Part shown: positions 1-8,561 of the stretch, one piece after another
Position numbering within the stretch: position 1 is the stretch's first letter
How the letters are laid out: each line of letters opens with the position of its first letter
NCBI GenBank assembly: GCA_043821645.1
Contig: JBDRCO010000095.1
Location: forward strand, 1-34,169
DNA length: 34,169 nucleotides
DNA from: Pseudomonadota bacterium
GTDB lineage: Bacteria; Myxococcota; JACRCW01; JAFGSX01
Direction of reading: 5' to 3'
Position numbers and translations under genes: made by a program
The notes under the pieces: model-generated
What the model was told of the DNA's origin: nothing
The model's database searches: none
What the model saw: only the letters and a program-made list of their open reading frames with translations

Positions 1-1
1 C

Positions 2-1696
2 GTCGACAACATGATAGGCGTGGACTGGGCCTCGCCCGACGACGCGCCCCTGGCCCACATCGCCCAGCCGCGGCAGACCACGCCCTACCGCGGCGACCAG
101 TGCATCCCCCTGAGCGCGGCGGCGCCCCTGTCCGGTATAGACCCTGTCACCGACTGCCGCTGGTTCCGCTTCACCCTCGGCACCGACCCGCTGGCGGGGC
201 TCGAGATCTTCCGCGATGGCGACGGCTGCCTGGACACGGCCATGTACGCCATCCCGGACGGCATCCACGGCATCGCCTTACGCTGCATCGATCCCACGGA
301 CACCTCGCGCAGTTCGCTGCTGACCAGCAAGATCAAGGTCGACAGCACCCGCTGGGCCGGTGAGATCAGCAAGTCCAGCGAGACCTGGTCCGGCACCGTC
401 GTCGTCGATGGCGACGTGATCGTACCCGAAGGCCACACCCTGACCGTGGCGCCGGGCACCGTGGTCAGGTTCGCGGCCAGCGATCGCCTGCAGGCGCGGC
501 AGTTCCTGGCCGGCTCGGACAGCATCTTCTACGGCACGCGCGACAAGGTGGATCTGATCGTGCAAGGCACCCTGGACGTGCAGGGACAGGCCGGCAACCG
601 CGTGGTGTTCGAGGCCAGCCACGGCGTACCCGTGGCCTCGTCCTGGGGCAGCATCGTGGGCTGGCACCGGGGGCAGGTGAACCTGAGCTTTGTCGACCTG
701 GAGTCCGCGAACTGGGCCCTGTGGGGCGCCAAGATCACCGACGAGCCGCAGTACGCGCCGGTGTTCAACGTCAGCGACGCGCGCTTCGAGGGCCTGAACT
801 CGGTCGTGCGCGAGGTTTGCCCGCTGCAGTTCGAGCGGGTGACCGCCAGCAACCTGGGCGAGTTCATGCAGTGCTCTGCTTATACCGACCTGGTGCTGCG
901 CGACGTCACGGTGGCCAACAGCATCAACTTCGCCACGCACGCCACCATGTTCTGGACCTATCCCGAAAGCGTGCTCGCGGTGTTGCCCGCGGCTCTGTTC
1001 GAGCGCTTCACCCTGACCGAGCCCCCACAGCGAAGCCTTTATGGCCTGTACTTCGCATCGCGGCTCGACCACGTCGACGTCGTTGACAGCCTGTTCTCGG
1101 GCCAGCACGTTGCGATCATGCTCCCTGGGCACCTCGGCGTCAGTGGCAGCGAGTTCCGGGACTTCGGTTTTACTGCTCTTCACGTGACCAGCGCTCCGGC
1201 CTCAGTCACAGTCTCCGACAGCGTGTTTATTCGCGGCGACCATGTGCTGTACACGCAGGGGTCCCCGGTCACGACCGTCATCAGTAACTCGCTGGTGCGC
1301 GACGTGACCACACCCTTCGAGGTGAGCTTTGGCCCGCTGCAGGTCACGGGCTGCCAGATCGAGAACGCCACGCGGGTGCTCGAGTCACCGGACTACGGAA
1401 GCTGCGGAACCCGCCGCAGCAGTGTCAACCTGACCGGCAACAACTTCATCAATCCGACGGAAGCTCTGGTGGCGCTGAGCTGGCCCGATTACTACTGCGG
1501 CTACGACTGGGAGACCTTCGTCGTCGACCTGCAGGGCAGCTACCTCAACGGTCTGACCGACCAGGCCAGCATCGAAGCCTTGCTGATCGATCCGCGCACC
1601 GACGCCAACCCGTCGGACACGCTGGTCGGCTTCATCAACTACGGCAGCGCCCAGGCCTCACCGCTGAGCCTGACCCTGCCCACGCCGAGGCCGTAG
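2..1696 (+). CDS. Right-handed parallel beta-helix (pectin lyase-like) repeat protein, probably secreted; likely 5'-truncated by the window edge
   Basis: The frame is open from base 2 (GTC GAC AAC ATG) and there is no signal peptide after the ATG at 11. Motifs WSGTVVVDGDVIVPEGHTLTVAPGTVVRF, LIVQGTLDVQG..NRVVF and WGSI are followed by short repeating beta-strand units (SxFR, NSLVR, GCQIEN, GNNFIN). Confidence 0.7.
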   Translation, partial: VDNMIGVDWASPDDAPLAHIAQPRQTTPYRGDQCIPLSAAAPLSGIDPVTDCRWFRFTLGTDPLAGLEIFRDGDGCLDTAMYAIPDGIHGIALRCIDPTDTSRSSLLTSKIKVDSTRWAGEISKSSETWSGTVVVDGDVIVPEGHTLTVAPGTVVRFAASDRLQARQFLAGSDSIFYGTRDKVDLIVQGTLDVQGQAGNRVVFEASHGVPVASSWGSIVGWHRGQVNLSFVDLESANWALWGAKITDEPQYAPVFNVSDARFEGLNSVVREVCPLQFERVTASNLGEFMQCSAYTDLVLRDVTVANSINFATHATMFWTYPESVLAVLPAALFERFTLTEPPQRSLYGLYFASRLDHVDVVDSLFSGQHVAIMLPGHLGVSGSEFRDFGFTALHVTSAPASVTVSDSVFIRGDHVLYTQGSPVTTVISNSLVRDVTTPFEVSFGPLQVTGCQIENATRVLESPDYGSCGTRRSSVNLTGNNFINPTEALVALSWPDYYCGYDWETFVVDLQGSYLNGLTDQASIEALLIDPRTDANPSDTLVGFINYGSAQASPLSLTLPTPRP

Positions 1697-1742
1697 CGCA
1701 CGACGCACGACCTTTGTCTCTTTTTTCTCGACGATGGTGAAA

Positions 1743-1944
1743 CGGCGACGCGCCGTGGCGGGGGCTCCGCTCTCGTGGGGCGGCCGACGCCCTTTGGAGA
1801 GCAACAGCCAGCGACGCCGAGAGCCGCGCAGCGGGCGAGGCGACCTTGACAGTGCTGCCGGGGGTGAATGCCGGCGGATTCACTCCGTCGGCAGAGGGGG
1901 CGTGCCGAACGCCCCCTGGAAGAGGGGGCGGCCGACGCCCCCTC
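1743..1944. repeat. Cluster of GC-rich palindromes (REP-like), including three GGGGCG(T)-GCCGA-(A)CGCCC units, between convergent genes
   Basis: Hairpins at 1743-1755, 1769-1802 (inner unit 1777-1792), 1855-1894, 1895-1917 (9-bp perfect stem) and 1922-1944 (9-bp perfect stem). Three share the loop GCCGA. Confidence 0.7.
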
Positions 1945-2569
1945 AGAAGAAGAACCGCGCTCCCAGCGCGAGCCCCAGTCGCGGCCCCACCACCGGGAAC
2001 AGGTCGAGACCCGGCGTGGCCTCGAGGTAGAGCGACAGCGGCAGGGCGCGGAACTGGAAGTCCAGGCCTATGGGCACGTGGCCACCCAGACCGAGGGGCG
2101 AACCGCTGTAGGTGTAGACCGGGATCACGATGCCGCGGTTGTAGTACTGGTGGGTCAGCACCACCACGTCGAGGGCGCCACCCACGTACCAGCTCAGGTT
2201 GAGCGCCTCGTAGCTGCCCAGCAGCGACGGGTGCACCACGTAGCCCACGCTGACCTCGAGGCCCGAGCCCAGGCCCCAGCTCCAACCACCGCCCACGCCG
2301 AAGATCACGGCAGTGTTGTTCTCGAGCTTGAGCTTGGCGGTGATGGCCGAGGGTGCGCCGAGCTGCAGCCCCACGCCAAAGGTCTTACCCCAGGGCGTGG
2401 AGCTCAGGGCCGCACCGCCGCTCTTCCTGGACTTGGCCTTGGGCGCGCTCTCCTCGCTGGTCTCGAGTTCCTCGTCCTCGGCCTTGGGCGCGCGCTTGGC
2501 CAGGGCCAGATCCGCGCTCAGCATGGACAGAGCAACACCAAGGGCGAGCAGGACAGGACGGCGTCGCAT
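1943..2569 (-). CDS. Hypothetical secreted protein, probable small outer-membrane beta-barrel (DUF3996-like)
   Basis: ATG at 2569 with GAGGT RBS; signal peptide ending ALA; FGVGLQLGAPSAITAK; alternating strands; C-terminal GARFFF beta-signal. Confidence 0.7.
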   Translation of the reverse strand: MRRRPVLLALGVALSMLSADLALAKRAPKAEDEELETSEESAPKAKSRKSGGAALSSTPWGKTFGVGLQLGAPSAITAKLKLENNTAVIFGVGGGWSWGLGSGLEVSVGYVVHPSLLGSYEALNLSWYVGGALDVVVLTHQYYNRGIVIPVYTYSGSPLGLGGHVPIGLDFQFRALPLSLYLEATPGLDLFPVVGPRLGLALGARFFF

Positions 2570-2687
2570 GGGGGACCTCGATGAAGGTGAAACAATCCCT
2601 GTGCTTGCACATCTTACGGAGATGCCCCGCAGACGGAACAACTTTTTTAGTGCAGGTCCGGGCGTGTGTGCGCTGGCCGACGTGGAT

Positions 2688-4115
2688 TCAGCGGGCGTCG
2701 CCTGCGCCCGCGTCCGCGAGTGGAGGAGGTGGCAGCCGGGTCAGCACATCCTGCAGCACCCGCTCGTAGCGATCGAAGCTGTTGCGCGGGCAGCGCTTGC
2801 TGTCGCACAGCAGGGCGAAGCTGGCGTAGGGTCTGTCGTCCGGTGTCATCAGGTAGCCCGCCATGGCCCTCACGCCCTCGTCGCGAAAGGTCCCGGTCTT
2901 GACGCGCACCCGGCCGTCCAGGCGTGGCGAGAGCAGGCCCACGAAGCCCGGCAGGCGCTCAGGCAGCCAGCGCAGGTAGCGTGTGATGGCCGAGGCGGTG
3001 GCCCTGTTGCGGGGATCCAGACCCGAGCCCTCGGCCAGGCTCACCGCCCCGGGGCCGAGCACGGCGTCGAGCTCGCGCCGGAGCAGATCCCGGCTCTTGC
3101 TCACCTCGGCGGGGGGCGCCTCGACCTCGGCGCCCATCACCAGAAACACCTGGTTGGCGACGAAGTTGTTCGAGAACTCGAACAGGTCGCGGCTGATCTC
3201 GGCGAGCGTGCGCGTGCTCTCGTGCACGTACAGCAGCTGGGCGTCAGCCGGGACGGGATCGCGCCGGATCTCGGGGCTCCCGAGCACCCCGCCGCCCTGC
3301 ACGAACAGGTTCGCGAACAGGTGGCCGGCGTACAGCGCCGGCGTTCGAGCATCGTGGCCCAGGTTGAAGCGCACCTTGCGCGGGCGGTCGGCGAAGGGCC
3401 CCCGCAGGTGGATGGTCAGGCGCGTGTCGTCCTGGCGGGTGTCCACATGCATGAGTCCCCGACGCTGCGGGTCCAGCTCGAACACCGTGAACGAGGTCAG
3501 CGGTGTCTGCGGTTCTCCCTGCACGTGGCGGCCCTGTACCACCACCTGCAGGGTGTTGAAGTTGGTGGCGAAGGCCCCGTTGCGTGCGTTGTAAGGATTG
3601 CTCACACCCTCCTCGCGAATCAGCTCGAGCCCGGGCGCGAAGTAGCTGTCGTCGACGACGATGCCGTCGCGGATCTCCAGCACGGGCAAGGCTGCGGCGA
3701 TCAGGCGCCACTCCTCGCTGATCAGCAGCGGATCCCCCATGCCGCGGATGTACAGCGTGCCCACCGAGGGCCCGACCACCTTGTCGGCGTAGAACAGCGT
3801 GCGAAAGCGGTAGTTCGGCCCCAGGCGCTGCATCGCGGTGGCCGCGGTGAAGAGCTTGCTCACCGAGGCGATGCGCCGGCTGCTGTCACCGGCCAGGGCC
3901 AGCACCTCCTGGCCGTCGGACAGCAGGCGCACTGACACGCTGTGCACCGCGCGTGGGCTGAGCGAGGTGATGCTGCGCTGCAGGGCCCGGTCGCCGTCGT
4001 CGCCGAGTCCGCCGTGGGCGATCAACACCGCCGCGCCCAAGATCAGCGTCGCAGGGACGACCCGGATCGCGCCGCGGATGGCACGCGATGGACGGCGAGA
4101 GCGCAGCAGCCCCAC
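2688..4115 (-). CDS. dacB: D-alanyl-D-alanine carboxypeptidase/endopeptidase (PBP4, peptidase S13)
   Basis: SxxK (ASVSKLFT), SxN (FSNNF) and KTG (VKTGT) motifs, plus GxGDP and EGSGL; N-terminal hydrophobic segment. Start position uncertain. Confidence 0.9.
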   Translation of the reverse strand: MGLLRSRRPSRAIRGAIRVVPATLILGAAVLIAHGGLGDDGDRALQRSITSLSPRAVHSVSVRLLSDGQEVLALAGDSSRRIASVSKLFTAATAMQRLGPNYRFRTLFYADKVVGPSVGTLYIRGMGDPLLISEEWRLIAAALPVLEIRDGIVVDDSYFAPGLELIREEGVSNPYNARNGAFATNFNTLQVVVQGRHVQGEPQTPLTSFTVFELDPQRRGLMHVDTRQDDTRLTIHLRGPFADRPRKVRFNLGHDARTPALYAGHLFANLFVQGGGVLGSPEIRRDPVPADAQLLYVHESTRTLAEISRDLFEFSNNFVANQVFLVMGAEVEAPPAEVSKSRDLLRRELDAVLGPGAVSLAEGSGLDPRNRATASAITRYLRWLPERLPGFVGLLSPRLDGRVRVKTGTFRDEGVRAMAGYLMTPDDRPYASFALLCDSKRCPRNSFDRYERVLQDVLTRLPPPPLADAGAGDAR

Positions 4116-4118
4116 CGC

Positions 4119-5582
4119 TCAGTGTGCGAAGGTAAGGGGGTAGGTGAAGTGCCGGGCCTTGTCCGCCTCGGGGAACCTGGCATCGAACACGTTCCAGTAG
4201 ATGCAGGCCATGAGCGGCTCGTCCTTGAGCGTGTCCTCGACCACCTTGACCTCGGTCACAGCACCTTTGGCGTCGACGACCACCTTGAGGGTAACCTGCC
4301 CAGCGAGCTTGGGCTTCTTCTTGAGGCGCAGCTTGTACGAGTCGAGGATGGGCTTGAGCGCCGCGTTGAAGGTCGCGTCGACCGAGCGACCCTGGGCTGG
4401 CGTGGTCGAGATGTTGAGTTCCTTTTCGAGAGCCGCGCGCTCCTTGGCCACGGCTTCATCGGGCTGCACCTTGAGCGCCGCCCGGAAGTGCCCCACCGCC
4501 TCGGAGTGGCGCTGCGCCTTGAGGTTGATGCGCGCCAGCGCCAGGTGAGCCTCGCCGTCGTTGGGCGCCAGGGCCAGCACCTGGGCAAAAGCTGTCTCGG
4601 CGCCACCGAGCTGATCGCGCTTGAGATAGCCGCGTCCCAGGGCGCGCTGCACGTCGAGCTCGTCGCCCTTGGCGTCACCGGCCTTGCGGTAATACTCGAA
4701 GGCTGCGTCATCGTCGCCGGCCTGCTCGCTGAGCCGGGCCAGGGCCAGCAGCGTCGGGAAGTGCTTGGGATCGATGGCCGCAGCCTCGCGGTACACCGCG
4801 CGCGCGTCGTCGGCCTTGCCTTGCCGGACCAGGAGCGCGGCCAGGGACCTGCGCACCTCGACCGAGCGCGGGGCGCTGCGTGCGGCCTGGCGGTAGAACT
4901 CCTCGGCCTGGGTCATGTCCTCCAAGCGTTCGGCCAGAGCCGCGGCCTCGGCAGGTGCTGCGGCAAGCTCGGGCCAGGCCTTCATGGCCGCACGGTAGCG
5001 TTCCAGGGCCTGCGGCGCCTCGTCGGCACGGACGTGCAACCGCGCCAGCCCCAGCAGAGCGTCGCCGTCCTCGGGGTCGGCCTCGAGGGCCTGGTTGAAG
5101 TACTGGCGCGCCCTGGCGTCGTCGCCCTTGCGCACGTAGGCGGCACCCAGCCTGGCGTGGGCCACCGCGAGCTTGGGATCCGCGGCCACCGCGCGCTCGT
5201 GGCAGACCTCGGCCTGGTCATCGATCTTCCACTCGACGTAGATCAGCTGCATCCCCAGCTGGGCCAGGGCATTGCCGGGGTCCTTCTTGGCCTGGGCGTT
5301 GAACTCCTTCCAGGCGGCGTTGCGATCCTCGCTCGCATACACCCGCAGGAAGGCGCACGCGGGATCCGGCAGACCCGCGCAGGGGTCGGCGGTCACTTCG
5401 GAGCCGCGGTTCTGCGCGCGCAGCGCGTCGATGCGGCGCAGCGCCCGACCAAGGCTCCTGGCGTCGTAGCTGGCAACCCGAGCCACCGGGGCGACCGTCA
5501 CGGGCTCCGGCTTGGGCGTGGTCTCACAGGCCCCCACCAGCAGCAGGGACAGGGCCCAGGAAACAATGCGCGTCTGCCGCAT
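4119..5582 (-). CDS. Tetratricopeptide-repeat lipoprotein with C-terminal AgmX/PglI (TonB-C-like) domain
   Basis: ATG at 5582 with GGAGG RBS; lipobox LVGAC; many 34-aa TPR-like units; C-terminus YKLRLKKKPKLAGQVTLKVVVDAKGAV..MACI..RFP..FTYPLTF. Confidence 0.85.
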   Translation of the reverse strand: MRQTRIVSWALSLLLVGACETTPKPEPVTVAPVARVASYDARSLGRALRRIDALRAQNRGSEVTADPCAGLPDPACAFLRVYASEDRNAAWKEFNAQAKKDPGNALAQLGMQLIYVEWKIDDQAEVCHERAVAADPKLAVAHARLGAAYVRKGDDARARQYFNQALEADPEDGDALLGLARLHVRADEAPQALERYRAAMKAWPELAAAPAEAAALAERLEDMTQAEEFYRQAARSAPRSVEVRRSLAALLVRQGKADDARAVYREAAAIDPKHFPTLLALARLSEQAGDDDAAFEYYRKAGDAKGDELDVQRALGRGYLKRDQLGGAETAFAQVLALAPNDGEAHLALARINLKAQRHSEAVGHFRAALKVQPDEAVAKERAALEKELNISTTPAQGRSVDATFNAALKPILDSYKLRLKKKPKLAGQVTLKVVVDAKGAVTEVKVVEDTLKDEPLMACIYWNVFDARFPEADKARHFTYPLTFAH

Positions 5583-5796
5583 GACGACCTCCACCAGAAG
5601 TGTCCAGGCTGGGGCGGTTGTAGCAACGGCACAGGTGCCTGTCAAAACCGGCTCGACCGCCTGCCCGGTGGCGAAAGTGAGGTCACAACAGAACCTTGAG
5701 AGCCCTTGCAAAGACTGGTATGGATCGGCGAGGTGGCGGAGCTTGGCTCGTGGCTGCTGCACAGCACGGCGCGCACCCGCGACCAGCAGGATGGAC

Positions 5797-7317
5797 ATGG
5801 GCGACATCATCGGCATTGACCTCGGCACGACCAATTCGTGCGCGGCGGTCATGGAAGACAACGGGCAAGTCAAGCTCATCCCCTACAAGGGCGGCGAGTA
5901 CACCATCCCGTCCATCTTTGCGGTCGACGACAAGGGCAACGAGCTGGTTGGCCACGAGGCCAAGCGGCAGTGGCAGCTCAACCCGCGCAAGACCGTCTAC
6001 GGCGCCAAGCGCCTGATCGGACGCGACTTCTCGTCAAACTTCGTCAACAAGATGCACGAGTACTTCGCCTACGACATGGTCGAGGGCGAGAACCACAACG
6101 TCGTCATTCCCCTGGGCAACGATGCCTTCGACCTGTCTCAGATCTCGGCCAAGATCCTCGACAAGATCCGAGACGTGGCCGCCGAGTACCTGCAACGGCC
6201 GGTGCCCCGCGCCGTGGTCACGGTTCCGGCCTACTTCAACGACCGCCAGCGCCAGGCGGTCAAGGCTGCCGGCGAGTCCATCGGGCTCGAAATCGTGCGC
6301 ATCATCAACGAGCCCACCGCCGCGGCCATCGCCTACGGCGTGGGGAAGGGCAAGAAGGAGACTGTCGCCATCTACGACCTGGGCGGCGGCACCTTCGACA
6401 TCTCGGTGATCGAGATCCGGGACATGGTGTTCGAGGTCAAGTCCACGGGCGGCGACATCTTCCTGGGCGGCATCGACTTTGACAACGCACTCATCGACTA
6501 CGTGATCGAAGACTTCCAGAAAACGAACGGCGTGGACCTGCGGCAGGACCCCATCGCCATGCAGCGCATCAAGGACCTGGCCGAGCGCACCAAGATCGAC
6601 CTGTCGAGCCGGACCGAGGCGCCCTTCAATATCCCCTTCGTCACCATGACGCCCGAGGGGCAGCCCCTGGACATCGACATCGTGTTCACCCGCGCCAAGG
6701 CCGAGGAGCTCACCCAGCACCTGGTCGAGCGCAGCGTCGAGATCACGCACCAGGTGGTCAAGGACGCCGGGCTGGCCCTGGACCAGCTTGACGAGGTGCT
6801 GCTGGTGGGCGGGCAGACGCGCTGGCCCGCGGTGCAAAAAGCCGTGCAGCTCATGTTCGGCAAGCCGCCGTCCAAGCACGTGCATCCGGACGAGGCCGTG
6901 GCCATAGGCGCCGCCACCTACGCCTATTCGCTCGAGACCAATGCCGTGGATCAGCGCATCACGCTTCTCGACGTGATCCCCATGGCCATAGGCATCGAGA
7001 ACGCCAAGGGCGACCTGCACAAGATCTTCGACAAGAACGCACCGGTGCCCAACCAGAAAGTGGTGCACTTCACCACCAGCTTCGACGAGCAAGCCGACCT
7101 GGCCATGCGCATCTACCAGGGCGAGTCCCCAAGGGCGACGGAGAATACCATGCTCGGGGACTTCCTGTTCTCGGGCATTCGCCCCGGCGTTGCGGGCAAG
7201 GTGCGGGTCGACGTGATCTTCGACCTCAATTCCGAGGGCATCCTGACCATGCACGCCGAGGACCGCGACACCGGCGCCAAGATGACCACCACCATCAAGG
7301 TGGTCTCCAGCGACTGA
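5797..7317 (+). CDS. Hsp70/DnaK-family chaperone paralog lacking the C-terminal helical lid
   Basis: [45 protein letters not shown] and the LLDV linker are present; ends after the beta substrate-binding subdomain (506 aa); AGGA upstream of ATG 5797. Confidence 0.92.
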   Translation: MGDIIGIDLGTTNSCAAVMEDNGQVKLIPYKGGEYTIPSIFAVDDKGNELVGHEAKRQWQLNPRKTVYGAKRLIGRDFSSNFVNKMHEYFAYDMVEGENHNVVIPLGNDAFDLSQISAKILDKIRDVAAEYLQRPVPRAVVTVPAYFNDRQRQAVKAAGESIGLEIVRIINEPTAAAIAYGVGKGKKETVAIYDLGGGTFDISVIEIRDMVFEVKSTGGDIFLGGIDFDNALIDYVIEDFQKTNGVDLRQDPIAMQRIKDLAERTKIDLSSRTEAPFNIPFVTMTPEGQPLDIDIVFTRAKAEELTQHLVERSVEITHQVVKDAGLALDQLDEVLLVGGQTRWPAVQKAVQLMFGKPPSKHVHPDEAVAIGAATYAYSLETNAVDQRITLLDVIPMAIGIENAKGDLHKIFDKNAPVPNQKVVHFTTSFDEQADLAMRIYQGESPRATENTMLGDFLFSGIRPGVAGKVRVDVIFDLNSEGILTMHAEDRDTGAKMTTTIKVVSSD

Positions 7318-7396
7318 TCAGGGCACGCGCCATCGCGACCTGCCCTCGTCGAGACAAGCCGCGCCCACCCCAAACGTTCAGCGCCTGGCATCCGCC

Positions 7397-8473
7397 TCAG
7401 CTGCGATAGCGAAATCCCAGGTAACTGGTGACCCGGGCGAAGCGCAGGCCGGCCGCCCCCAGCTCGTTGCTGTACAGGCCGAGGCGCCCCTCGACGGCAA
7501 GCCACCGCCCCAGGGGGTACTGCAGGGTCAGCACCAGCTTGTTCTGGCTCTCGTCCGAATCCTCGAGCAGCAGACGCTGGCTCAGGGCAAGACCGCCGGG
7601 ATAGCGCGCCAGCTGCACCCCGAGGGTCACCGTGGCGAAAAGGTCGAGCGGCAGGTGCGCACCCACGACGCCCTGGAGCTGGTGTCGCAGGTAGGTCTCG
7701 CCCAGGCTATTGGAGGCATTGTAGGCCAGGGTGTAGCTGGCCTGCGTGTACAGCGCGCGCGAAGACACCACGCGCAGGGAGGCTGTCGGGCGCAGGTCCA
7801 GGCGCGGGTTGTCGGCGAAGGAACCCACCCCCTGGTCCCCGAAGGACAGCAGGGCACGCGACCAGGGAAAGGCCCTGGCATCGAGGTCGACATTGAGCGC
7901 CAGCTGCTCGCGGCGGGTCAGGGCGAGGCGTGCCCACAGCGCGGCCCCGAGTCCGGTACTGCTGAACACGGGCTCCGGCCTGTAGTAGAAAGCGCGGGGT
8001 CCCAGGCGCAGTTCCAGGTCCACCGCCCCGAGCGCGTCCGTCCCCACCACGGCCTCGGTGGCCCCGGCCAGATAGTCGCGCTGCCCGTCGACGAGGCTGC
8101 GGCCGCGGCCCACCAGATCAAGCCCCACCCGCCAGCCGCCCTCGAGCCCCAGGCGGTAGCTCAGGGTGAGCAGCCCGACGACCGTGTTCTCGTCGCGCTC
8201 GCGGGCGAACACCTTGGCACCGGAGGACAGGGAGAGGTCCAGGCGTTGCCCGGCGCCTCGCCAGGCTGCATCGCCGGTCCAGGTCCCGCGCAGCAGGCCG
8301 TCCTGCACCACCTGGTCGCCCTCGGGTTCACGCCGCGCGTTGGAATCGAGCTCGGAACCCAGCGCCGCGGCATAGGACAGGTGCCACGACGACGCGGGGA
8401 CCTCGGCGTCCACGACCGTGTCGGGGCTCGAGAGCCGCAGCAGGGCCACCCAGGTGAGGACCGGCACGAGCAT
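7397..8473 (-). CDS. Hypothetical outer-membrane beta-barrel protein
   Basis: N-terminal hydrophobic signal-like segment; 'ELDSNARRE' motif; amphipathic alternating strands; C-terminal YLGFRY. Confidence 0.65.
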   Translation of the reverse strand: MLVPVLTWVALLRLSSPDTVVDAEVPASSWHLSYAAALGSELDSNARREPEGDQVVQDGLLRGTWTGDAAWRGAGQRLDLSLSSGAKVFARERDENTVVGLLTLSYRLGLEGGWRVGLDLVGRGRSLVDGQRDYLAGATEAVVGTDALGAVDLELRLGPRAFYYRPEPVFSSTGLGAALWARLALTRREQLALNVDLDARAFPWSRALLSFGDQGVGSFADNPRLDLRPTASLRVVSSRALYTQASYTLAYNASNSLGETYLRHQLQGVVGAHLPLDLFATVTLGVQLARYPGGLALSQRLLLEDSDESQNKLVLTLQYPLGRWLAVEGRLGLYSNELGAAGLRFARVTSYLGFRYRS

Positions 8474-8561
8474 GCAGGGATAGTAGCCCGCGACGGCGGC
8501 GCGGGGGAGGTCTGGATGCAGGGGAGCAGGAGAACGGGGTGGGGGAGAGCCGGCGCAGGCC

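Noticed and set aside
1777-1944. Three similar palindromes as a possible mini-CRISPR array
   Set aside because: Repeats are short and unequal, spacing is irregular (about 100 nt and under 10 nt), and no cas genes are present.
5690-5730. Heat-shock control element (CIRCE or sigma32) upstream of Hsp70
   Set aside because: No TTAGCACTC-N9-GAGTGCTAA or CCCCAT box; only a weak TTGAGA-17-TATGGA match.
6034-7254. 406-aa ORF antisense to the Hsp70 gene
   Set aside because: Antisense shadow ORF typical of GC-rich dnaK-like genes; the sense strand has all Hsp70 motifs.
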